Shown here: positions 37,095 through 49,500 of the stretch, piece after piece
How positions within the stretch are numbered: position 1 is the stretch's first letter
How the letters are laid out: each line of letters opens with the position of its first letter
Origin: Octopus sinensis
Lineage: Eukaryota
Reading direction: 5' to 3'
Assembly: GCF_006345805.1 (NCBI RefSeq)
Contig: NC_043000.1
Location: 8,122,001-8,186,000, forward strand
DNA: 64,000 nucleotides
Program-made: the position numbers and the translations under genes
The notes under the pieces: generated by a model
Databases searched by the model: none
What the model was told of the DNA's origin: nothing
Seen by the model: only the letters and a program-made list of their open reading frames with translations

Positions 37095-37531
37095 TAGGCA
37101 CAGGAGCGGCTCTGTGGTAAGTAGCTTGCTTACCAACCACATGGTTCTGGGTTCAGTCCCACTGCAGGGCACCTTGGGTAAGTGTCTTCTACTATAGCCT
37201 TGGGCTGACCAAAGCCTTCTGAGTGGATTTAGTAGACAGAAACTGAAAGAAGCCCATCGTATATATATATATATATAATATATATATATATATGTGTGTG
37301 TGTGTATGTGTGTGTGTGTGTTTGTGTGTTTGTGTGTCTGTGTTTGATCCCCCAACATCGCTTGACAACCAATGCTAGTGTGGTTACACCCCCATAACTT
37401 AGCGGTTTGGCAAAAGAGACTGATAGAATAAGTACTAGGCTTACAAAGAATAAGTCCTGGGGTCGATTTGCTCGACTAAAGGCAGTGCTCTAGCATGGCC
37501 ACAGTCAAATGACTGAAACAAGTAAAAGAGT
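37095..37531 (+). mobile_element. SINE family A, full length with internal (TA)n/(TG)n
   Basis: Head, central microsatellite and tail all present. Confidence 0.9.
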
Positions 37532-37629
37532 ATACATATATATTACACTCATGCATGCACATACATACACACACATTACCTACATATATAATATATGTAT
37601 ATACATATACACAATTGTTGTCAGAGCAA

Positions 37630-37907
37630 CAAATTGGCTTCCGTGCTGGTGGCATGTGAAAAGCACCATTTGAATGTGGCCATTGCCAGTACTGCCCGAC
37701 TGGCCCTCATGCCGGTGGCACGTAAAAGCACCCACTACACTCTCGGATTGGTTGGCGTTAGGAAGGGCATCCAGCTGTAGAAACTGTGCCAGATCAGACT
37801 GGAGCCTGGTGCAGCCATCTGGTTTGCCAGTCCTCAGTCAAATCGTCCAACCCATGCTAGCATGGAAAGCGGACATTAAATGATGATGATGACGATGATG
37901 ATGATGA
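37630..37907 (+). mobile_element. RTE 3'-UTR copy with (GAT)n tail
   Basis: Inverted relative to 37921-38100. Confidence 0.85.
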
Positions 37908-37920
37908 TATATATATATAT

Positions 37921-40326
37921 CATCATCATCATCGTTTAACGTCCGTTCTCCATGCTAGCATGGGTTGGACGGTTCGACCGGGGATCTGGGAAACCAGAAG
38001 GCTGCACCAGGCTCTGGTTATCTGGCAATGTTTCTACAGCTGGATGCCCTTCCTAATGCCAACCACTCTGCGAGTGTAGTGGGTGCTTTTTACGTGCCAC
38101 CTGCACTGGAGCCAGGCGAGGCTGGCATCGGCCACGGCCAGATTGGTGCATTTTACGTGCCACCTGCACGGAAGCCAGTCGAGGCGGCACTGACTTCGGC
38201 CACGATTCGGATGGTGCTTTTTACGTGCCACCGACATGGAAGGCAGTCGAGGCGGTGCTGGCATCGGCCACGATTCGGATAGTGCTTTTTACGTGTCTCC
38301 AGTCCAGGGGTCCTGGCATCTGCCGGGTGCCAGTCATAGGATTGGTTCAATTTCGATTCCGATTTCACTTGTCCCAACAGGTCTTCACAAGCAAAGGGGG
38401 GTTGGCATAGGTGCCTGTCGTCGGATGAGGTTCGATATCGACTTCGCTTGCCTCAACAGGTCTTTGTGTGTCCAAGGGAGGAAAGGCATGCATAAGTGGG
38501 CTGGACTCACTTGTCTTGCCTGGTCTTTTCACGCACAGCATATTTCCAAAGGTCTCGGTCTCTAGTCATTTCCTCAGTGAGACCTAAAGTTCGAAGGTCG
38601 TGCTTCACCACCTCAGCCCAAGTTTTCCTGAGTCTACCTCTTCCATGGGTTCCCTCAACTGCTAGGGATTGGCACATTTTCACACACCTATCTTCATCCA
38701 TTCTCGCCACATGACCATACCAGTGCAATCGCCTCTCTTGCACACCACAACTGATGCTCCTTAAGTCCAACATTTCTCTCAGGGTACTAACGCTTTGTCG
38801 AGCATGCACACTGACATTACACATCCATCGGAGCATACTGGCTTCATTTCTTGCGAGCTTATGCATGTCCTCAGCAGTCACAGCCCATGTTTCACTGCCA
38901 TGTAGCATGGCTGTTCGTACACATGCATCATACAGTCTGCCTTTTACTCTGAGTGAGAGGCCTTTAGTCACCAGCAGAGGTAAGAGCTCCCTGAACTTTT
39001 CCCAGGCTATTCTTACTCTAGCCATTACACTTTCACCACACCCACCCCCACTACTGACTTGGTCACCAAGATAACGGAAGCTATCAACTACTTCTAGTTT
39101 TTCCCCCTGGAAAGTGACGGAAGTTGTTTTCTGCAGATTTTCAGAGGTTAATGCTCCCGAGCATCTGCCATATACAAAAACTATCTTCCCAGTAAGCCTT
39201 CCTTTGACATTGCTGCACCTCTTATGTGTCCATAGCTTACACTGGGTACATCCTATAGAGTTTCTACCTACACCTTTTCTACAGATCGAACAGGGCCATC
39301 TTCCTGAAGACATTTGTGGATTTTCTGCCTTCCTACTTATTAGTACTTTGGTTTTAGCTAGGTTGACTCTAAGGTCCCTCGATTCTAGACCCTCCTTCCA
39401 CACCTGGAACTTCTCCTCCAGTTCTGATAGTGACTCAGCAATTAAAGCAAGGTCGTCAGCATATAGGAGCTCCCAGGGGCAACCTGTCTTGAATTCCTCC
39501 GTAATTGCCTGGAGGACTATGATAAATAGGAGGGGGCTGAGTACTGAACCCTGGTGGACACCAACCTCTACTTTGAATTCTTCTGTGTACATGTTGCCAA
39601 CCCTAACCTTACTTACGGCATCCCTGTACATGGCTTGCACAGCCCTCACCAGCCATTCATCTATCCCTAGTTTCCTCATTGACCACCAGATAAGGGATCG
39701 GGGGACCCTGTCAAAGGCTTTCTCCATGTCAACGAAAGCCAGGTACAGGGGCTTATCTTTGGCTAGGTATTTCTCCTGCAGCTGTCTCACCAGAAATATG
39801 GCATCAGTGGTGCTTTTCCCTGGCATGAAACCAAACTGCATCTCGTCCAAGTTGACTCTCTCCCTAATCAGTTGGGCTATGACCCTCTCTGTAACCTTCA
39901 TTACCTGTTCCAACAGCCTGATACCGCTGTAATTATTTGTATCTAGGGCGTCACCGTTACCTTTGTAGCAGTTGACTATTATGCTGCTACACCAGTCATT
40001 GGGTATGACTCCTTTGTGTATCACCTGGTTAACTATATGGGTGACTAGGTTATAGCCGACACTGCCAGATATTTTGAGCATCTCTGCAGTAATTCCTGAT
40101 GGGCCTGGGGCTTTCCCTGTCTTCATGCTTCTAATTGCCTTAGCTACCACGGAACTATCAACTCGGATAGCTGGTCCCTCTGTTGGGTCAACATTCGGCA
40201 GACTCTCTTTATCCCATTCATTTTCTTTATTCAGCAACCTTTCATAGTGGCATCTCCAAACCTCTCTCTTTTCATCCTCATTTAGCGCAAGTGAACTGTC
40301 ATCCATGCGGACACATTTCTCTCCTA
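37921..40326 (-). mobile_element. 5'-truncated RTE-clade LINE inserted in (TA)n, with 3' UTR and (GAT)n tail
   Basis: RT ORF at 38507-40306. The 3' UTR (37921-38506) has ~63-68-bp internal repeats. (TA)n on both flanks. Confidence 0.92.
38507..40306 (-). CDS. RTE reverse transcriptase (ORF2, endonuclease missing), 599 aa uninterrupted, with PHD-like finger
   Basis: GKAPGPSG, MQFGFMPGKST, FVDMEKAFDRV, HQGSVLSPLLF, YADD, FRYLG, LHGSETW and WYGHVARM. The frame continues upstream (IGEKCVR) to the truncation point. Confidence 0.9.
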   Translation of the reverse strand: MDDSSLALNEDEKREVWRCHYERLLNKENEWDKESLPNVDPTEGPAIRVDSSVVAKAIRSMKTGKAPGPSGITAEMLKISGSVGYNLVTHIVNQVIHKGVIPNDWCSSIIVNCYKGNGDALDTNNYSGIRLLEQVMKVTERVIAQLIRERVNLDEMQFGFMPGKSTTDAIFLVRQLQEKYLAKDKPLYLAFVDMEKAFDRVPRSLIWWSMRKLGIDEWLVRAVQAMYRDAVSKVRVGNMYTEEFKVEVGVHQGSVLSPLLFIIVLQAITEEFKTGCPWELLYADDLALIAESLSELEEKFQVWKEGLESRDLRVNLAKTKVLISRKAENPQMSSGRWPCSICRKGVGRNSIGCTQCKLWTHKRCSNVKGRLTGKIVFVYGRCSGALTSENLQKTTSVTFQGEKLEVVDSFRYLGDQVSSGGGCGESVMARVRIAWEKFRELLPLLVTKGLSLRVKGRLYDACVRTAMLHGSETWAVTAEDMHKLARNEASMLRWMCNVSVHARQSVSTLREMLDLRSISCGVQERRLHWYGHVARMDEDRCVKMCQSLAVEGTHGRGRLRKTWAEVVKHDLRTLGLTEEMTRDRDLWKYAVREKTRQDK

Positions 40327-40444
40327 TATATATATATTTTGATAAAAATGGTAAGATAGCAAAAGAAAGAAAGAAACCTCGATATTATGTAAAATAGAGG
40401 AATTTATCTGTAAATGTAATATGAGACAATTATTCGGTAGCCAT

Positions 40445-40506
40445 GATAAAATCTCCGAGATTTGGAGGCCGAGGTGGAAATCCACACGGCTATCTCTTCA
40501 GTTATC
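40445..40506 (-). ncRNA. Type I hammerhead-like motif with G12 replaced by C (probably inactive), in a Penelope-pLTR-like remnant (~40340-40520)
   Basis: GAUAA CUGAAGA gauagcc...ggccuc CAA AUCUC g GAGAU U UUAUC. Confidence 0.5.
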
Positions 40507-40831
40507 CGGCCATCAGAAAAATCTGCCAGTTCAGATTGTAGCCTGGTGCAGTTATCTGGTTCGCCAGACCTCAGTCAAATTGTCCAATCCATGCTAGCAT
40601 GGAAAGTTGGAGTTAAATGATGATGATGATGATGATGACGACATATGTGCTCACATACCTGTACTCACACGTGTTCATGATTAACACACATTTAACACAC
40701 ACGCGTATACATGTAAATGAAAAGTACAGAAATTAATGCAAGAATGTGCAGAACTCCTTTATTAAGTGACATAGGTTATTCAAATTGTACACACTGCAAT
40801 AGAAATGCTATTTCTTCTTTGCAGGCAAATA

Positions 40832-41936
40832 ATGGACTCCATGTATAAGCAATGTCCTGTGTTTGAGTTCTTGACAGAGGAAGGGTGCAGGTTGTCCTAC
40901 AGCCACAGAAAGCTCTTGGTTGCTAACAAAGATGAAACCATTGACCAGAACAATGCACTGATGGAAGAAGTTTGAAGAAGGTGAAACCAGCATGGAAGAC
41001 AAATCAGGCTGTGGAAACCTCAGCCACTGTGAGCACTGACATGAATATCTAATATTCATGAATGAACTGATTTGAGAGGACAGGTGAGTTACAGTTAATT
41101 AGATTGCTGCATGGCTGCACTCTGGTCACAATGCTTTATAGAAGATGGTGGAGGACGTTGGGTGTTGGAGAATGTGCAAGAAGTGGGTACCTTGGCATTT
41201 AATACCCAATTTGAAGGAAAGAAGACTAGAGTTCTGTTCTGATCTGCTGGAGGCATTGAGCCAATGAAGATAGGTTTTCTTTTCTGATCTGGTTACAGGG
41301 GATGAAATGTGGGCATATTTTTTGTGATCTGGAAACAAAGGCTCAGCCCACAGAATAAATTCTAAGATTGGTACAAGGGCCACAATTTTGGTGGATAAGT
41401 AGACAGAAAAGATAATGGTGTCATACCTGTTCTTCAAGGCTCGGGAAACTCAAGAGAAAATGATTGAGCACAAGTCATGGAGAGTATTTTGGGTGGATGA
41501 TAAGAGAGTCATTCTCACTGATTTTCTAGAACATGGTTGTACCATGATCAGTGAGTGGTACATTGAGACAGTCAAAGAGGTTACTGAAGCCATTATGAAG
41601 GAAGTGAAGAAGAATCTGAAAGGGAACTTCATTCACTATGACAATGTCCAACTACAAATATCTTTTGCAATAAATTAAGCAACTGGAAAATTTAGCTGGT
41701 CAGCAATCCTCCATTCACCATAAAGTCTGGATTTGGCACCTTGTAGCTTTTCCCTGTTCTGTCGCAATAAAGGACACTCTTTAGGGACAACAATTTGATG
41801 ACAAAGATGAGGGGAAGTGGTAGTTAAGAAGAGGAGCCAAGAGTGAGCACCTGAATGATTTCATAGAGATTCTGAGAGTTTAGTTCAATGATGATACAAA
41901 TGTATTGTCTGTGATGGAGTCCATGTTGAGTGGTAG
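40832..41936 (+). pseudogene. Decayed mariner (D,D34D) transposase
   Basis: WVPWHL (41184-41201), TGDEMW (41295-41312), HYDN (41634-41645) and *SLDLAPCSF (41721-41750). Many stops and frameshifts. Confidence 0.85.
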
Positions 41937-44900
41937 TAATTATACTTACATTAAATGTCTGATTGTTTAACATATGATGTGCTGTGCCTTATTAATCAAT
42001 TAATTAATTAATTAACTGTTTGCCAATGAATTTATAGTTATGCAAATTAGACAGTTAATTTCACCTGAATTCTGGTTTGTGATTGATATAAATAACTATA
42101 TGCTAGCAATATCACAATGAGCAGAAACCAAGGCCGAAGCTGGAGACATACACCTGCCAGCTCAAGCCCCTTAATGTAGTCTGGACCCCATTGGGGTGCT
42201 AAGGTCACCTAGAAGCGTGACAGTTCCGCATGGCCCAACCCGTAAGTGAATCTCAAAATAGCGATGGAAACAGTTAAGGCAATCTCAAAATTCATGAAGG
42301 GATTAAAAAAAGGATTGGTTTATATTTTGTGATAAGGATTATAATTTGAAAATTGTTTGTATGCCTACATTAAATTTCAGGTTATCTGCATGCACATATA
42401 TGTGTGTATTGTGTGTGCATGTATGTGCATATATACATGTTTAAAAGATGTTATAGGCATAAAATCTGTGAACCTTAACAGTAAAAAGAAGATTCTATAC
42501 AAGTGCAGAGCCAGATATTATAAATACTTGACAGTAACTATGAAGTCTCACTCTGAGTTCAAATTCCAACAAAGTCCCTTCAGATGTAAAATTAACATAT
42601 TGCTCCATTTAGCACCACTAACTGGTATCATGGGTGCCTTTGACAGAATCCACTCTGTTTCAATCATTCAAGTCAGGTTTCTAATTTGTGGATACCTTCC
42701 TCTCTCTCTCCAACCAGTCTTGAAGTTATGGGTACTGCTTTGCCTTCTGACTGGGTACTGGGTTGTGGGTACTGCTTTGCCTTCTGGCTAAAAAAAGATA
42801 GCTGAGTCATTGGTGTAGCTATATTGTTCTGGTGATCTGATAAGCTAGCTTTTTCTGAAATTATTATTCCATGAAGAAGGCTGCAAAACAGCCATACTCC
42901 TAAAGCTGACATGTGGTTAAATAAATATATTCTTCACTCATACCTTCTGACTTATTATGGTTTAAATACTCCTGGACCTCCTGGATCTCCTGGATTTCAT
43001 CTGCATGAAACTCTGCATTATACTCCTCTATACTGGAATACTATTTAGTCTGTTAGCCAAGTCCACTAAAGGAATTTTCTGTGATAGCCACATGATTCTA
43101 TAGATCCATATATTACACTACAAATATATGGTACGCATCAATGAGTTTTCAGTACCTATGTAGCAAATCTATTCACAAGGCTTTGATTGACCCCGGGCAC
43201 ACATATGTATACAGCAGTTAATTTTGATTCACAAATAATTGTTGACAGTTGGGTGTTTTGGTTTAATTTTTAATTATTCTGTGAGGTCATGCATTTTCTT
43301 TTTATTTTGTAATTAGAGATTGAAGTAAAATGAAAGAATTCTGCCTTTTAAATTTAGATAATGGCTGTAATTAGCTTTTGATTGTCTGGTATATGTCATA
43401 CAAGGTAAGCACATGAAATACATGCGTGTTTCTTTCTCACAACCTTTGAGGCAGACCTTCGCCCTTTCATTATTCTGCCTTACATAATTTCTTTAGTTTC
43501 TCTCTTTACTTAATTCTTAGAAAAACAGTGAGTCACATGAGTATTCAAGACTCCCAGCAAACATATGTGAACATAATTATTAGATTGCCAATAGGAAAAA
43601 ATATATATAAAATATATATAATTGTATGTGTATATATATGTGTGTGTATACACATATCAGAGAGACAGAGAGAGGGGCAGAGAGAGGAAGAAAGAGAGAG
43701 AGAGAGAGAGGGGGAGAGAGAGTGTGTCATATCCATATATTGTCTTGCTGTGAAATTAGGTCTCTTGAGTGCCTTTTCAGTAGCTTGACATCTCCATTGA
43801 GAATGAATATCTACAAACATGACTCCATATATTTCATCGTTATTTTTGTTGTCAATAATAATCAACATTGTTATCATCATCATCATCATCGTCGTGTTGT
43901 TGTCATCGTTGTCATTGATATTGTTATCATTGTTACCATTGTCATTTGCAGCATCACAATGTTTTGTTTTTTTTGTTTTATTATTATGCTCCATGGATTG
44001 AAGAAGATTTCTTGAAGCAATATTCTTTGGTCAGATTTCTTTCTTAATGTCAATTCTTGTTTTCAAGTTAGGTACTTTATCCTCTGCTTCCTTATGGGTT
44101 AAACTGTTGATTTGTAGGACATATTGTTTCTGTGCAACATTATCAAATGACACCATTGACCAAAGACAAGGAAATACACACACACACACACACACATACA
44201 CGTTGATACAAACACATTGACAAAAATGCACACACATACGTTGATGCAAACACACTGACTCAAACACATGCACACACACACACAACTATATACTGCAGAT
44301 TTCTATATTTCATTCACAAGACATTGGTCAAAATAAAGTTATGGTAACAGACTCTGGTCCGAAGTTCCACACACTGAGATCAAACTTGAAACCACAATGA
44401 CGTGAAGGAAACTTCTTAGTTATGTCTTGACCAATAGTTTTGATTCTGTGTCCCATTGGAAGCACATCTCTTGATAATGTTTCTGTAACTACATGCAGTT
44501 TCACATTTGCTGGTAAATTTTATTCTCTGCTGTTTATTGGGCATAAGGTTATTATTCAAACAATAACAAATAACAGGATATTAGGAAAGTAGATCTAAAG
44601 GGGAAGGTTGACTATGTAGCAACTGGTAATTTGGTTGTTAGAATATGCCATGTTTATTCTCCTAAAAATAACATTTAAAAAAGAGAAGCACAAATGTTTG
44701 TGTGTACAAGAGTAAGAAAAAGAGAGCAGGGGTGGGAGATAAGGAGAGAGAGAGAAATGTAAGAAGAAGAGAGGGGAGAGGACTTGACTGGAAGAAAGAA
44801 AGAAAAACAGAGTTGTTTGTAGGAGTTTTGACGTGATGTGAATGGGTTATGCAAACTTGGGGGAAACTGTCCTAGGTTTCTGGTTGATAGTATCTCGGGC

Positions 44901-45287
44901 AAAGATAAAAGAAGAAAGAGATAGCTATTCGAGATATAAAAGAAAATTTGACATTATAGACGAACTAACTAAAGTTGAAAGACTGTTGAAAGCTAGATCC
45001 ATCCTATCTATGTCTGCATAACAATAATATAATAATATAATATTGGCATGAAACGATTATTGGCAAGGGCCATAATGAAATGAAAATCCTATTGTGTCAG
45101 GCCTAAAATTAAGAAAAAAAAATGTCTTATTTCCCACCTTCTGTTGATGTTTATATTTTATATTTCTACAGAACTTTATAATAATAAATTCAATCAATAA
45201 ACTGTGTTAGTTTCCATAACTTCATACTTTATTTATACAACAAAAACCATAACTTTTTCCTTTCCATATATCTATATATAATATCTC

Positions 45288-45590
<303 letters not shown>

Positions 45591-46300
45591 TAAGATAGAT
45601 TGTATTGTTGCTTGCATTATTAAGTTTTTTGTAATAATCAACATTTTAATGAGAAGTTTATCGAGGGAGTTTTAATATATTTTTTTTTCTCTCCATCGTA
45701 TACATTACATCTTTCCTTGTTGATTCACAACTTAGCAGCTGCCTAACTGGAATGCAAGGGAGGAGGGTGAAGTGAAAAAAAATAAACGTAAAATATAGAA
45801 TAAACTTCTTTGCATCATGTTGAGTCATCAGAGCAGAACCCAATCTCTGGGTGTTTGGACTGTTACAAATGAAGCCACGAGAAGGGACCTTATGGATTTT
45901 GTTGTTTTTTAATTTACCCCAGCAGGCTTTCGTTTTATTGCCTGTATTAATAAACTATTAATATGGTATATAATATAATACAATCTAGTTATAATATAAT
46001 AGTGGCGTTTTTCTGCCTCATCCTCCTCATCATTGTCGTCGTCATCGTTGTTGTCATCATCATCGTCATCATGATCATCATCATCATCATTACTGGCATT
46101 GGCATCAGTGGCAGCGTTGGCACTGGTGGCGGTGTTGGTGTTGGCATTGTCATCATCATCATGATCAATTTTAGCGGAGGTGCAAATCGATTACATTGAC
46201 CCCAGTGCTCAGCTGGTACTTATTCTATTGGTAGGATGAAAGGCTATAATCAAACCTTGCTGGTATTTGAACTCAGAACGTAAAGACTGACAGAATACCA

Positions 46301-46536
46301 TTAAGGTGGCGAACTGGCAGAGTGGTTAGCCATGCCAGGCGAAATGCTTAACAGTATTTCGTCTGCTGTTACGTTCTGAGTTCAAATTCCACTGAGGTCG
46401 ACTTTGCCTTTCATCCTTTCGGGGTCGATAAATTAAGTACCAGTTATGCACTGGGGTCGATGTAATCGACTTAATCCCTTTGTCTGTCCTTGTTTTTCCC
46501 CTCTATGTTTAGCCCCCTGTGGGCAATAAAGAAATA
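46301..46536 (+). mobile_element. SINE family B nested in an antisense B-related SINE (46175-46600)
   Basis: TSD agaatacca at 46292-46300 and 46537-46545. Confidence 0.85.
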
Positions 46537-46637
46537 AGAATACCACAAAGCATTTTACCTGATGTTCTAACAATTCTGCCAGTTTGCTGTCTTACCATTA
46601 ATTAGATATTTCCTAAATCAGAATCAAGACTTGATTC

Positions 46638-46886
46638 CCAAGACTGACAAAGATTTTTGATCCAAGACTGACAAAGATTTTTGATCCAAGACTGACAAAG
46701 ATTTTTGATCCAAGACTGACAAAGATTTTTGATCCAAGACTGACAAAGATTTTTGATCCAAGACTGACAAAGATTTTTGATCCAAGACTGACAAAGATTT
46801 TTGATCCAAGACTGACAAAGATTTTTGATCCAAGACTGACAAAGATTTTTGATCCAAGACTGACAAAGATTTTTGATCCAAGGCTG
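46638..46886 (+). repeat. Minisatellite: 10 perfect 24-bp units plus a partial unit
   Basis: ccaagactgacaaagatttttgat x10. Confidence 0.97.
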
Positions 46887-47198
46887 AATATTTAGTCATT
46901 TCCTATGGCCTTCTCTAAATTTTTTATTAATTCCAAGTATTTTCTTTGTAGTGGGATAAGCTGTACCAACTTCTGTTGCTTATTTACAGATGAAGGATTG
47001 AACTCATGTACACAGTGCAGCACTAAAAGAAAAACGGCAAACCATTATGTCTCCAATCATCAAGCTAACAGCCAATCAACACACCAAGCTTTAACAACCA
47101 TCAAAACAACATTGAGTATTTAGTTCAAATAAGGAAATATGATATTAGCTTTAAGTACAATGACTTCAACATAAACTATCCTGGTCCTGTCTAACTAA

Positions 47199-47359
<161 letters not shown>

Positions 47360-48407
47360 CTCTAAATGGTCAGTCAATCCACTAGGAATAACTATAATAT
47401 TTCTCTCAGATTACATATCCTCATGTCACATTCAAGCAATGTGATCTTAGAATTACTGACTAAACAAAAGACAATCTCAGAGGCTCTGTAAAACAGAAAA
47501 GGTCATAGGCACTTCCACCCAATGTCAGTCCTGTCAAACAGACCTATGATCAAAGGTATTCTAGTTATGACCATCCTGTCTTTTATTTTTGTTGTGGTAT
47601 ATCCAGGATTACAATATCCAGTATATATTCTTTATTTTGTTGTCCTTTGATTATAGACAATAGAGTTTGGTTTAAGGGAGATTTGATTGCTATTTCTAAC
47701 AAGTCAATAAACCCCATATAGATTCCATCTCTATGTTTCCTAAATATGAAACTGTTATGTCAATATCTGAACTTTTATTTTATTTTATTTCATTTTTTTA
47801 TGTGTGAAATGGTAGTGTTATAAACCACAGTACTACCATTTGTTAGGTGCCAAGAGATGTTATCAGATTTTGCATGCGACTAAAAGAAAAATAAAACATT
47901 TGTCTATTTGACTGTTAATCTCTTCTTGTGTGTGGCAAATGTATTAGCTGGATTTGACATGCAGCTGTGTCTATTGTGATATGAAATAATGTAACAGATT
48001 TCATCAGCATAAAATGTTAAATGCTCATTATACAGTGAAATTGGGATGAGGTTAAGGAAGGTGTACAGGACTGGTGTGTTTATCAGAAATGCATATTAAT
48101 CTAGTTTCTTCATGAAACCAGGCTGAAACATAGGTACCATTCCAATATCATGGTTCAGTAAGTTAGTATTAAGAATCGTGTTTGGCTGATAAATACTCAA
48201 TCCAATAATTCATACCAGTGACTAAATTAAAGATGCGTGGTGGGGAAAGGGTATTAAAAAAGAATAGAAATTTGTAAAATTTATTTCATTGAATGTAATT
48301 TAAGCCATTTCACGGTGACGTGAAGGGGTGCTAATACAATGATAATGATGAGGGAAATGATGAGGAGGACAGAAAGAAGGAGGTGGTGGCTTAGAATCAA
48401 TTGAAAG

Positions 48408-49500
48408 ATCACCACAAGCATCATCACCATCATCGTCATCATCATCATCGTCGTCGTCGTCGTCATCATCATATTCATCTTCATTGTCACCACCACCACC
48501 ACCACCACCAACAACAAATACTACCACCACTAAACACTAGCACCACCATCACCACCACCACCACCATCACCACCACCACCATCACCACCACCACCACCAT
48601 CACCACCACCACCATCACCACCACCACCATCACCACCACCACCACCACCACCACCACCACCATCACCACCACCACCACCACCACCACCACCACCACCACC
48701 ACCACCACCACCACCATCACCACCATCACCACCACCACTAAGCACCACCACCACTATCACCCCTGAGCACCACCACCACCACCACCACCACCACCACCAT
48801 CCTCATTGCCATCATTATCACCAGCGTCATTGTTGGTGTTGAGGTGACAGAATCATTGGAGTGTCAGTAAAAATATGTTTTATGGTTATTTCTTCCAACT
48901 CTTTACTTTCTGGGTTCAAATCCCACCAAAGTCATTTCTGCCTTTCATCTTTGGGAGTAATGGGAGGAGAAGATAGAATAAAATATCAGTCAAACACTGG
49001 GGGCCAATAGTATTTACCAGTCCTCTCCCCTCCCCTCAAAAACTTTGAAGGTTCTTGTGCCTAAATTAAAAACAAATACTCATCAAAGTAATTACGGAAA
49101 TGACCATTACGATGAGAATCATGCTGCAGTAGCAGCTGCTTCTGATGCTGGAGGTGATGGTGGGGAGATGGTGGTGGTGGTGGAGGTGGTGGTTTTAGCG
49201 GTGGCGGTGGGGTTGGTGGTAGTGGTGGTGGTAGTGATGGTAGTGGAGTGGTGGGGCCCATGGAGGTGGTGGCAGCTGCAGTGGTGATGGCGGTGACAGG
49301 GATGGTAGCAGCAGTGGTGTTGGTGGTAGTAGTAGTGGTGTTGGTGGCAGTAGTGGCGGTGTGGTGATGATGGTGGTGGTGGTGGTGGTGGTAACAATGA
49401 CAATGATGAGGAGGAGAAGGAGTGGGATGATGATGACAACAGCAACAATGGTGATGATGATGATGATGATGACGACGACGACAACGATGATGACAACAAT
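48408..49500. repeat. (CAC/CAT)n block and facing (GGT/GAT)n block
   Basis: 48408-48830 and 49145-49500. Confidence 0.9.

Noticed and set aside
44820-44850. CRE-like TGACGTGA promoter element
   Set aside because: A single short motif with no supported transcription start or gene.
46624-46899. CRISPR-like array or repeat protein (KSLSVLDQ)n
   Set aside because: The units are contiguous with no unique spacers, and the context is eukaryotic; it is a minisatellite.
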